64,000 nt of DNA from Gemmatimonadota bacterium (GTDB taxonomy: Bacteria > Gemmatimonadota > Gemmatimonadetes > Palauibacterales > Palauibacteraceae), in the NCBI GenBank assembly GCA_039587755.1, contig JBDHBD010000021.1, forward strand, positions 8,027-72,026. Direction: 5' to 3'. The notes under the pieces are model-generated. The model did no database searches. It was not told the DNA's origin and was given only the letters and a program-made list of their open reading frames with translations. The position numbers were made by a program, and so were the translations under genes. Shown piece after piece: positions 27,861-36,474 of this stretch; position 1 is the stretch's first letter; every line of letters begins with the position of its first letter.

Positions 27861-28327
27861 TTCAGCAACATTCCGGCCGAGCTGAAGCGCACGGTTCGCG
27901 TGATGTTGTTATTGCTCAACGTGATCGTCGCATCGGGCGCCTCGCACGACCCTGCCTGGGTTGGCAATCCGCGGCCATCGAAGCAAAGCACGGCCCGATC
28001 GAAGCTGAACGTCATGTAGTCGTACGAGCGGGCGAACACGTCGACGGGCGTTACCCCGTCCAGGGTCGTGTCGACCGCGACTGTCCAGGCTGATTGGCTG
28101 GCCCCGCTCGTGAACGTGAGCGTGGCCGTGCGTCCGTAGCGACGTGCCCAGGATCGTGCGGCGGCGTGGGCCGCCTCGACTTCGAGTGCAGCGCGGCGTA
28201 CCTGATTACGGCGGTTCGCCTGCACTGCGGGAGGACCCACGGCGGCGAGCGCGATCGCCATCAGGACGACGACCGTCAGAAGCTCGACCATCGTGAAGCC
28301 ACGGTCGCTACCAGCGCTCGCTCTCAT
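27857..28327 (-). CDS. GspH/FimT-like minor pseudopilin
   Basis: GFTMVELLTVVVLMAIALAAV prepilin N-terminus; 156 aa. Confidence 0.6.
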   Translation of the reverse strand: MRASAGSDRGFTMVELLTVVVLMAIALAAVGPPAVQANRRNQVRRAALEVEAAHAAARSWARRYGRTATLTFTSGASQSAWTVAVDTTLDGVTPVDVFARSYDYMTFSFDRAVLCFDGRGLPTQAGSCEAPDATITLSNNNITRTVRFSSAGMLLK

Positions 28328-28583
28328 CCACCCACTCGCTGCATTGGCTCTTTTGATATCCGTTGCGGATTGGGCCGCTGCCGGCCCTTATGCACTTTAC
28401 GCCACCTTGTGAGTAGCAAGATCCCGGCCGGCCATCTTGCGGGCCGAAGGTGGGTGATAGCACTCGAACGTGAGGGGACAAAAGCAGTTACGAGATCGAA
28501 ACCGGGGGGGACGCGGGGCCTGTGGTGCGAATTGTCGCGAAACGCGACACCCATTCGCGGCTCGCGACTCCGATCGAGGGCCA

Positions 28584-30722
28584 TCAGGCGACGGCGAAGC
28601 GCGCTTCCTCGAGCTCGTTCGCGCCCTCTGCCTCTTCCCTAATGAGGGCGATGAACTCCTCTGCGATCCGCGGATCGAAGTGCGTTCCGGCCTTCTCTCC
28701 CATCAGGCGCAGGGCGTCACCGAAAGAAAGGGCGCTCCGATACGGACGGTCGGAGATCAGGGCGTCGAACACGTCCACGACGGCCAGGATCCGGGCCAGC
28801 AGGGGAATGTCCTCGCCACGGAGCGCGCCGGGATAGCCAGTCCCGTCCCACCGCTCGTGGTGGTGAAGCACAATGGGTATCACGTGGTGGAGCGCGTCGA
28901 TCGGGGCGAGAATGTCTGCTCCGGTCTGCGGGTGCGCGCTTATCAGCTTCCAATCCTCGTCGGTCAGGGGATCGGTCTTGTCCAGCACGTGGCTCGGGAT
29001 CCCGATCTTGCCGATGTCGTGGAGCAGGGCCGCTCGGTGTAGCGTCTCGAGGTCGGGCTCGGCTACGCCGACACGCCGAGCGAGGGCGAGGGCACGGCGG
29101 GTGACCCGTTCCGTGTGTCCGGCCGTCCAGTTCGATTTCGCGTCGATGCTGCGACCCAGCGCGCGGATCGTCCCCCAATTCAGCCTGTCCAGCCGCTCCA
29201 TCAGCCGTGCGTTGCTGAGTGCGACTGCCACCTGCTCGACCAGGCGTCGTGCATGGCCGAGCGGTGCGCGAACCTCGACACTCGGGACGTGCGCGACCAC
29301 GGCCAAGCCGGCCGGGATGCCGTCCAGAAGGAGGGGGAGCAGCGCCGCGCTCTCCGACTCTTCCTGAAACTCCGGGAGCGCGAGGTAGGAGCGCTTATCG
29401 GGCAATGGCACCACGATACCATCCGGATGTTGCCCCAGCTCTGCCAGATCTTCCCGCGTGATGCTCACTTCCTTGGCCGAGCGGGGGCGCGATCCAGCCT
29501 CGGAAACGAGCACTCGGGCATCCTCGCTGCTCAAGCGAGGCAGAAAGACGAACGCCGCGGCGCGGAAGCCCAGACCCTCCACCACACCACCCAGGAAGCT
29601 GCGGCTGACCTCGTCAGTCGACATTGCACCAAGCACTTGGCGGTCGATCTCCCCGATCGCTTCCAGGGTCCCGAACTGGTTCGCGAGGTTACTGGTCATC
29701 TGATTGAACGATTCCGCCAGATCCGCGAACTCGTCCTTGCTCTCGATTGTCACCTCTGTCGCCAGATCGCCGCTGGAGACCCGCTTGGTTCCCTCGGTTA
29801 GCAATCGGATGGGCTCGAGGCTCTTGCGCGCCTCCATGCTCGTGAGGAGGAACGCCAGCACGAGAGCGGCCGCCCCCACGAGCAGCAGCAACCCACGCGC
29901 CTGGCTCAAGACGGCGGTTGTCGGCTCCGTCGTCAGCACGTGCCAGGAGGGCGAGGCATACTCGAAGCCGAGGAAGACCTCACGGCGGTGTGTCGTGTAG
30001 GGCTCTCCATCCAGGCTCCAAGTCAGCACTGAGGTGCCGGACTGGTTGGATCCGGCAAAAAGCACTTCGAAGAGCTCGTCGAACATGAGGTGGTCACAGC
30101 GGATAGGGCGCATCTGCGCGTTCAGCACACATTGACCGGTGGGTGTGACTGTGGGCGCTGTCGCTCTATCCGCCCACAGGAAATCGGACCGGACCCGAGC
30201 CCACAGGATCCGTGGGCGGCGAGACTGGGGATCGAGAGCCGTCCCAAGCCATACGGCTGCCTCGTTTCCGCCCTCCCCTATCGGGATCACCACGAGGCTT
30301 GGACGTTCCTCCCTCAAATGTTCCAGCTGCCGCCGCGAGGGAACGGGCGTCCCGGTCGAATCCGCGGCCGAATCCTCTGAACGCCCACTGTCCGACTCCG
30401 GCAGATCGGAGATGCGGAACCCGGTCAGGGTGATCGGCTGGATGTCGTGAGCCGCAGAGGGCAGCCATCCGGTTTGTTGCCAGCGCTCTTTCACAATCTC
30501 GAGCTCTTCAGTGGCAACCTGGAGACGGTGGAGGACGATGAGACCCACACCCTTGCCGTCTTGGGCCAGGTGCTCTTCATCTTCTTCGGCCCAACGATCG
30601 GACATTTGGCAATAGGTGAACAGGATGGCGGCCGCGGCCGGCAACAATGTTCCCGCCAGGAAGCGTCCCAGAGCTCGTTGGGCGAGCCTGGTCTGCAGAA
30701 AAGTGCCCTTGACCTTGAACAT
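28584..30722 (-). CDS. membrane-anchored sensor with HAMP and HD-GYP domains (c-di-GMP phosphodiesterase)
   Basis: N-terminal TM, large periplasmic region, second TM, HAMP, and C-terminal HD-GYP motifs (…LLHDIGK…HHERWDGTGYPG…). Confidence 0.8.
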   Translation of the reverse strand: MFKVKGTFLQTRLAQRALGRFLAGTLLPAAAAILFTYCQMSDRWAEEDEEHLAQDGKGVGLIVLHRLQVATEELEIVKERWQQTGWLPSAAHDIQPITLTGFRISDLPESDSGRSEDSAADSTGTPVPSRRQLEHLREERPSLVVIPIGEGGNEAAVWLGTALDPQSRRPRILWARVRSDFLWADRATAPTVTPTGQCVLNAQMRPIRCDHLMFDELFEVLFAGSNQSGTSVLTWSLDGEPYTTHRREVFLGFEYASPSWHVLTTEPTTAVLSQARGLLLLVGAAALVLAFLLTSMEARKSLEPIRLLTEGTKRVSSGDLATEVTIESKDEFADLAESFNQMTSNLANQFGTLEAIGEIDRQVLGAMSTDEVSRSFLGGVVEGLGFRAAAFVFLPRLSSEDARVLVSEAGSRPRSAKEVSITREDLAELGQHPDGIVVPLPDKRSYLALPEFQEESESAALLPLLLDGIPAGLAVVAHVPSVEVRAPLGHARRLVEQVAVALSNARLMERLDRLNWGTIRALGRSIDAKSNWTAGHTERVTRRALALARRVGVAEPDLETLHRAALLHDIGKIGIPSHVLDKTDPLTDEDWKLISAHPQTGADILAPIDALHHVIPIVLHHHERWDGTGYPGALRGEDIPLLARILAVVDVFDALISDRPYRSALSFGDALRLMGEKAGTHFDPRIAEEFIALIREEAEGANELEEARFAVA

Positions 30723-30749
30723 GCCGCCTCGAGGCTGCCTCGAAATCGC

Positions 30750-31244
30750 CTAGTAGGCGCTAGCGGGTCCGACGAAAGCTCCGTCGTTCGCGCGGACCAC
30801 GTCATCCTTGCTCACACCAGCGCTGATGTTCGCCGAGGTCGCACCGTCGGGGCCGATGGAGTAGAGGTCGTAGTACGTGTTGAGCGGGTGGAGGAATCGG
30901 TCCTTTCGGGCATTGTTGACCGCCTCCGGTGTGGTGAACGGGAGATACCGGTACGACTGGTCCCAGGGATCGACAAACGAGCCCGCGCCGGCAGTCGCCA
31001 GGGTGGCCGGCAGCTCGTCGTTGGCCAGGATGTAGTCGTCGATCAGACTCTGCATCTCGAGGACGTCAGAGGTGGCCTGCTTCACTCTGCGGCTCTCGGC
31101 CACACGGTTCGATGTGCCGACCGCGATCGTCGCCAGGATGGCGACCAGCGTGAGCACGGACAGCAGCTCCACAATCGTGAAACCCGCGCTCCGCGCGCGC
31201 AGGTACGCGCTGAAACGCATTGAGCGAGCTGACTGCCTTACCAT
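30750..31244 (-). CDS. gspG: major pseudopilin, GspG-like (type II secretion / type IV pilin superfamily)
   Basis: Prepilin leader ending …SAG|FTIVELLSVLTLVAILATIAV with Glu at +5. C-terminal DPWDQSYRY…YDLYSIGPDGA resembles the GspG signature. Start could also be 31220. Confidence 0.6.
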   Translation of the reverse strand: MVRQSARSMRFSAYLRARSAGFTIVELLSVLTLVAILATIAVGTSNRVAESRRVKQATSDVLEMQSLIDDYILANDELPATLATAGAGSFVDPWDQSYRYLPFTTPEAVNNARKDRFLHPLNTYYDLYSIGPDGATSANISAGVSKDDVVRANDGAFVGPASAY

Positions 31245-31383
31245 CGGTTGACCCCCACCTCGACCTCGTTGCCCTTCTTCACCTTGCGGCCTCTTGCGGC
31301 CGGCACCGGCTCGCTCATTCGGGTGCAAACACGGTGCCCGGTCGTGCGCGCATGCCAGGCAGGGAGGGCCGAGGGTCGGATTC

Positions 31384-31447
31384 CGTTGCGTCGCAACGTG
31401 TTGCGCAATGCGAAGCTGCGGCGTTCGCGGAACGCTTTGGCGTTCCG
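31384..31447. promoter_or_regulatory. cluster of palindromes 140-200 nt upstream of the gspG-like gene
   Basis: CGTTGCG-T-CGCAACG (31384-31398), TTGCGCAA (31402-31409) and CGGAACGC-tttg-GCGTTCCG (31428-31447), read directly. Confidence 0.3.
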
Positions 31448-31535
31448 GTGTGGATAGCCGCTCCACGCCGGCGGTTTCGATCTCAGAACGCGAGCGTTGG
31501 CGGCTTTCTGCTAGGCTCGAGAGCTATCGGCCGGT

Positions 31536-32207
31536 TCAGCGGCGGGGGGGGTCAGGAGACAGCGTCCGCGCGCGGGTCGCACAATTGATCGGCCAGGCCC
31601 CGGCGGGGGCCATCGCGCTCCGTCTCCCCGCGCGGGCGACGAGCCCGGCCTGACCGACGAGACTGTCTTGCGCGTCGAACAGGGCGATGCCGATTCGAGC
31701 GCCGGGGATCGACCCCAGGATCCACAGGGTGTCGCTTCGCGTGTACCAACGCAGTGGCCCGACCTGAAACGCACGTTCGGCCCCCTCCGAACCCAAAGCT
31801 TCCCCAGTCGAAGTCGCCAAACCCTCCGTGTCATCCTGGGGCGCGAGCGCGACGACGCGGTAGGAGCCAAGGGGACGTCCCCAAGCATCGAGCGAGTCGA
31901 GCTGAAGCATGATCGCTTCCGGGAATTCGAACGCCGTCAGCAGCAGGTCCTGCGGCGCTTCCGAGCCGCGCAATGCGACCATGCGCTCGGCATCCCACGG
32001 CTCGACCTCGAGCTCATAGCAGCCCAGCAGCGCCCATGGCTCCAGATCGCGACTTGTGAGCGTGTCGTCCGAGTGCGGTGCGGACCGCGCCCGCAGGAGC
32101 ATCGCGGCCAACGTGACCGCGCTCAGGAAGGCGAGCGTGAGGAGCCAGCGGGCGGCGGCCATCCCCGGACGGCCATGGTAACGCGCGTGCCGCTTCCGGC
32201 TGCTCAC
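31536..32207 (-). CDS. hypothetical secreted protein
   Basis: Signal-peptide-like N-terminus (MAAARWLLTLAFLSAVTLAA; probable start 32162). Its start overlaps the stop of the upstream phytase-like gene. Confidence 0.35.
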   Translation of the reverse strand: MSSRKRHARYHGRPGMAAARWLLTLAFLSAVTLAAMLLRARSAPHSDDTLTSRDLEPWALLGCYELEVEPWDAERMVALRGSEAPQDLLLTAFEFPEAIMLQLDSLDAWGRPLGSYRVVALAPQDDTEGLATSTGEALGSEGAERAFQVGPLRWYTRSDTLWILGSIPGARIGIALFDAQDSLVGQAGLVARAGRRSAMAPAGAWPINCATRARTLSPDPPRR

Positions 32208-33586
32208 GGCGACGGGACCGGGACATAGTCGCGGATCGGCTGCGGGAAGCGGACCCGGAGGAGCTCGTTCGCGTCGGGGGCTGTCGACTCCGGCCGCCCG
32301 CGCCCGAACGGGTAGTTGTTGTCGTTCAGGATTACGAGGGTGCGCGGGTCGACCAGGGCAACGGCTTCAATCGTATGAAACGGAAAACGGAACACGGTTT
32401 CTCCATCACCGTTCAGGTCGTTCGGATCTGGAACCGCCAGCAGGTCGAGCAGCTCCACCTTGCCCACAGAGCCGTCCGGCTCGGTCGTCTCCAGATCCAT
32501 CAGATACACCTTCTTGTGCCGCGCGGTCGGTCCCTGGCCGTCGTCCCGTTCGATCACCAGGTGCAGGCTACCCTCGACCGGCGCGAAGTCGCCGATCGCG
32601 GTAGCCGCAGGATCGAGTCGGTAGTGCCAGCTCCGTCCCGTGAAGCGCCTCTCGATCGGGTCGAAGGCGGCGATCAGCAACCGGCCGTCGTCTGAAAGTT
32701 CGTCGTCGGGCCCGACATCGCTCTCCGGCTCGTGGCGGCTGACGGCAACCGGCTTTTCAAGCATCGCCAGCAGGTGGCGTCCATCGGCCGTGACGCTCAT
32801 GCCTTCGAAGCCGCCGCTGCGGGGCAGCGTGGCCGGGCGTCCGAGCGGGTCCTGGGGGCTTGCTGCCCCCTCGAGCAGGGCCGGCACATCCAGCACGTGC
32901 CCGGACGCGTCGACATGGATCAGGAAGGGTCCGAACTCGTCACCGAGCCAGCACGTGCCGTCGGGCAATTTCCGGAACGACTCGACGTCCAGATCGGCCC
33001 CCGTCAGTAGCTTTCGGGCACGGATTTCGGGATCAACCGGGATCTCGCTGCCCGGGTACCGCTCGGCATCGGCTACGATCGGAAACGGGAGCCTTCGCTC
33101 AGGATCGCTCAGCTCGACCGTGGAGCGCACCTCGATCTCGCCGTGACGGCCCGGGTCGCGCGCCTCTATCACCTCGATCTCGTAAAGTGCCAGCACATAG
33201 TCGGCGCTGTTCTCCTTCGCACCGAAGCCGTTGTCGGAAAGCACCAGGAATCGTCTGGGCCCAATCGCAAGAACGGAGGAGAAGCCCTGGATTGGCTGGT
33301 TCGTGAACGGCGGTGTCCGGCCGTTCGTTTCCCGGATGAAGTGGCCTGACGCGGGCCCGGGCCGGAAGTGGTCGGCCTGGAGCACCGCCCATTCCACAAG
33401 CTCGGGCCGGTCGGCCGGTTCCTGGCCACCGGGCACGATTCGGGTAGCGGCGTGCACCGGGGGAGCCGCCTCGGTCCGACGACCGCCGCCCGGCGTCCAC
33501 AAAAGCCAGGTGCCGAGCCATACCAGCCCGGCTGCCGGCAGGATACGGCTTGCTCGTCGAATGCGTCCGCCGCGCCTGTCGATCAT
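32204..33586 (-). CDS. phytase-like esterase / beta-propeller phosphoesterase (putative)
   Basis: Signal peptide/TM (AAGLVWLGTWLLW), then motifs reminiscent of the 'esterase-like activity of phytase' family (…LSDNGFGAKENSADY…GFEGMSV…). ATG at 33586. Confidence 0.5.
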   Translation of the reverse strand: MIDRRGGRIRRASRILPAAGLVWLGTWLLWTPGGGRRTEAAPPVHAATRIVPGGQEPADRPELVEWAVLQADHFRPGPASGHFIRETNGRTPPFTNQPIQGFSSVLAIGPRRFLVLSDNGFGAKENSADYVLALYEIEVIEARDPGRHGEIEVRSTVELSDPERRLPFPIVADAERYPGSEIPVDPEIRARKLLTGADLDVESFRKLPDGTCWLGDEFGPFLIHVDASGHVLDVPALLEGAASPQDPLGRPATLPRSGGFEGMSVTADGRHLLAMLEKPVAVSRHEPESDVGPDDELSDDGRLLIAAFDPIERRFTGRSWHYRLDPAATAIGDFAPVEGSLHLVIERDDGQGPTARHKKVYLMDLETTEPDGSVGKVELLDLLAVPDPNDLNGDGETVFRFPFHTIEAVALVDPRTLVILNDNNYPFGRGRPESTAPDANELLRVRFPQPIRDYVPVPSP

Positions 33587-33662
33587 GTCATAAAGGTACA
33601 GCCACCCGGTCGGCCGGGGAGATCTTTTGGACGTTGTCGGCCACGGACCTAGTTTTCGCACC

Positions 33663-34697
33663 ATGAGCAGAAGGATCATTGACGGGGCACCCATTCGTTG
33701 GGCGCTGGCGGTATTCGCCAGCCTGGTGGTCGCCGGGCTTGCGCACCCGGCGGGCGCGCAGCCGCAGGACACCCTGTCCCAGCGGCAGGAGGCGCCGCCG
33801 CAGAAAGCGCCGCAGCAGGAGGCGCCGCAGCACAAGGGGCTGCTCGAGGAGGCGGCCAAGAAGGTCCTGCTGATCGGCATCGATGGGGTGCGTCCCGATT
33901 ACCTCGCGGACGTGCGCACACCGCATCTCGATTCTTTGATTGCGAACGGGGCCTACAGCGACTCGGCCTACACGACCCGGCCGACGATCAGCGGTCCCGG
34001 GTGGTCGAGCATGCTGACGGGCGTGTGGCCCGCGAAGCACGGCGTCGTGACCAACAACTTCCGAGGCAACCGCTACGAACAGTACCCGGACTTCCTCACG
34101 CGCATCGAGCAGGTCCGCCCGGAGCTGGAGACGTTCGTGGTCGCGGACTGGCTCCCGCTGGTAGCCGAAGAGTCCGGAGGACCGTTGTTCAGCGACGCGC
34201 CGGACGTCAAGCGGGTGTTGAACGGGTACGATCTCGGGTGGGCCGAAGCGGACGAGCAAGCGGTGGACGTGGCCGTCGAGCACCTGCGGACGGCCGACCC
34301 GGATGCGCTGTTCGTCTATCTCGGGAACCCCGACGAGACGAGCCACCACACGCGAGCAATCGGGGAGGAGTATCGCGCCGCGATCGAGGAGGCCGACCGC
34401 CAGGTGGGTCGGCTCCTGGACGCCGTTCGGGCGCGTCCCTACTACACCGACGAGGATTGGCTCATTCTCGTCTCCACCGACCACGGCCGTCGGCCGGACG
34501 GTGGACACGGCGGGGACAGTGCCGAAGAGAAGACCATCTTCGTGCTCGTGAGTGGTCCTTCAGCGGCGCGCGGCCGGATTCCGGGCACGCCCGCCATCGT
34601 GGACGTGGCGGTGACGGCTCTGGTCCATCTCGGGATCAGCCCCGATCCCGCCTGGGGTCTGGACGGAGTACCGGTCGGCCTGGCGGAACGACCCTAA
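33663..34697 (+). CDS. type I phosphodiesterase / nucleotide pyrophosphatase (alkaline-phosphatase superfamily), secreted
   Basis: Signal peptide. LIGIDGVRPDY and TRPTISGPGWSSMLTG motifs (nucleophile Thr within the TIS motif) plus DHG metal ligands, as in NPP enzymes. Confidence 0.7.
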   Translation: MSRRIIDGAPIRWALAVFASLVVAGLAHPAGAQPQDTLSQRQEAPPQKAPQQEAPQHKGLLEEAAKKVLLIGIDGVRPDYLADVRTPHLDSLIANGAYSDSAYTTRPTISGPGWSSMLTGVWPAKHGVVTNNFRGNRYEQYPDFLTRIEQVRPELETFVVADWLPLVAEESGGPLFSDAPDVKRVLNGYDLGWAEADEQAVDVAVEHLRTADPDALFVYLGNPDETSHHTRAIGEEYRAAIEEADRQVGRLLDAVRARPYYTDEDWLILVSTDHGRRPDGGHGGDSAEEKTIFVLVSGPSAARGRIPGTPAIVDVAVTALVHLGISPDPAWGLDGVPVGLAERP

Positions 34698-34754
34698 GGG
34701 CCGCTCCACCGCCTACTTCAGCCTTGCCACCTTCGGCGGCGGCTCGCTAGCCGG

Positions 34755-35477
34755 CTACACCACCTCGAAGGTGATGGGCTGCGAGAGCCACACGGCCGTC
34801 ACGCGGTCCCGGTTCATCGCCGGGGTGTAGCGCATCCCCTGGGCGACTTTCTGGGCGGCCTCATCCAGCGCCTCGTATCCGCTGGAGGTAGCGATCCGTG
34901 TCTGTGTCACCGAACCGTCGGTGTCGACGTAGATCCACAGCACCACCAAGCCCCCGATCCCTGCACTCTTCAGCGACGTCGGGTAGAGCCGCTGGAGCAA
35001 GCCAAGCGTCTCTTCCTTGTTCTTGAGCTTGGGGGCGACCGTGTAGGGGATGAACGCAGGGCGGTCGTCGGGGGTCGCCACATCGGGCGGCGGTCCCAGG
35101 TTCTCGACCGGGTTCTCCTCGAACGTCGTGGGGGCGATCGTGAGCTCCTCGTTCATCTCGACCGTTGCGACCCGCGGAGTGGCCGGTCGCGCGATCGCCT
35201 CCGGCGGCGGTGGCACCTCGACCGTCGGAGGGAGCTCGACGGCCGACATGGCTTCGCTCGCCGTCACCATATCGGCCACGCGGAAGCTCGGGACCACGCC
35301 GAACACCGCCATGTGAACGGCCACCGCGGCGGTCAGACCCACGCGAAACGTCGGCCAGAACGACTGCTTGAATTCCTCGTTGGCCGTGAGCGCCGGTTGC
35401 CTTCCGATCGCGAACGGGACCAGCCGGAACACCGGCAAACTGGTCGATCCGAGCCTGAACTTCGCTGCCATGATCAC
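34755..35477 (-). CDS. tonB: TonB-family energy transducer (C-terminal TonB domain), paralog A
   Basis: N-terminal TM, Pro-rich spacer (PPTVEVPPPPE) and a TonB C-terminal domain; GTG start. Confidence 0.7.
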   Translation of the reverse strand: MIMAAKFRLGSTSLPVFRLVPFAIGRQPALTANEEFKQSFWPTFRVGLTAAVAVHMAVFGVVPSFRVADMVTASEAMSAVELPPTVEVPPPPEAIARPATPRVATVEMNEELTIAPTTFEENPVENLGPPPDVATPDDRPAFIPYTVAPKLKNKEETLGLLQRLYPTSLKSAGIGGLVVLWIYVDTDGSVTQTRIATSSGYEALDEAAQKVAQGMRYTPAMNRDRVTAVWLSQPITFEVV

Positions 35478-35576
35478 CCCTCCTCCGATTATCGCTATCT
35501 ATGTCGAACCAGCGTCCGTGAGCGCGACGCCTACCCCTCTCGCAAGTTCACTGCTCCTATGACAACGTGAGTGGGG

Positions 35577-35589
35577 GAAACGTTGTTTC
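35577..35589. promoter_or_regulatory. GAAAC-N3-GTTTC palindrome upstream of tonB paralog A
   Basis: GGAAACGTTGTTTCAG, identical to the 16-mer upstream of paralog B; ~105 nt before the start codon. Confidence 0.45.
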
Positions 35590-35624
35590 AGGCGGGCGGT
35601 ACGGGCTGGCGTCAGGGTTCCCGC

Positions 35625-36362
35625 TCAGACGACCTCGAAGAAGATCGGCTGGGACAGCCACACCGCGGTGACCAGGTCGCGGTTCATCGCCGGCGTGAAG
35701 CGCATGCTCGCGGCGACACGCTGCGCGGCCTGATCCAACAGCACGTACCCGCTCGAGGTGTGGACCCGTGTCTCGCCCACGCGGCCGTCCGTGTCAACGA
35801 AGACCCACAACACGACCGTGCCGCCGACGCCGGCGCTCCTGAGGGAAGGCGGATACAGCCGCTCGAGGAGCGCGAGGGTCTCCTCCCTGTTCAGAAGCTT
35901 GGGGGCCGCCGTATAGGGGATGAACGGGGGACGGTCGTCCTCGTCCACGGTCACTTCGGGTGGAGGCCCGAGGCTCTCGATCGGGTTCTGCTCGAACGTG
36001 GTGGGGGCGATCGTCAGCTGCTCATCCACCGCGACTGTCGAGACGCGTGGGGTTGCGGGTCGTGCGATGCGCTCCGGCGGAGGCGGGACCTCGACGGACG
36101 GAGGCAGGTCGACGGCCGACATGGCTTCGCTGGCCCTCGCGATCTCCGCGATCTGGAAGCGTGGCACCAACCCGAAGACCGCCATGTGAAGTGCCACGGC
36201 CATGGTGAGCGTGCCGGCGAACGTGGGCCAGAACGTCCGTTTGAAGCGCTCGTTGGCCGTGGTTCCGTCCGGCTTCCCCAGGCTGCACGGCGCCAGGCGG
36301 AACACGGGAGGAGGTACGGGCCGAAACGCGACTCGGTGTCGCATCATCTTCGCCTCCGCCAT
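35625..36362 (-). CDS. tonB: TonB-family energy transducer, paralog B
   Basis: Same architecture and ~60% aa identity to paralog A over the C-terminal domain. Confidence 0.7.
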   Translation of the reverse strand: MAEAKMMRHRVAFRPVPPPVFRLAPCSLGKPDGTTANERFKRTFWPTFAGTLTMAVALHMAVFGLVPRFQIAEIARASEAMSAVDLPPSVEVPPPPERIARPATPRVSTVAVDEQLTIAPTTFEQNPIESLGPPPEVTVDEDDRPPFIPYTAAPKLLNREETLALLERLYPPSLRSAGVGGTVVLWVFVDTDGRVGETRVHTSSGYVLLDQAAQRVAASMRFTPAMNRDLVTAVWLSQPIFFEVV

Positions 36363-36430
36363 CTATGTATTGGCACATTTCGGCCCGTACCGGGCCGAGT
36401 GCTCTCTCATGTTAGATGACGGAAAAACCG

Positions 36431-36443
36431 GAAACGTTGTTTC
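36431..36443. promoter_or_regulatory. GAAAC-N3-GTTTC palindrome upstream of tonB paralog B
   Basis: GGAAACGTTGTTTCAG ~75 nt upstream of the start. Confidence 0.45.
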
Positions 36444-36474
36444 AGTCGTGGCGGGCCGGCGGCCCCAGTACCGT

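Noticed and set aside
33698-34750. 350-aa + ORF overlapping the NPP gene in another frame
   Set aside because: Gly/Arg/Ala-rich alternative-frame product; the 33663..34697 frame has the NPP catalytic motifs.
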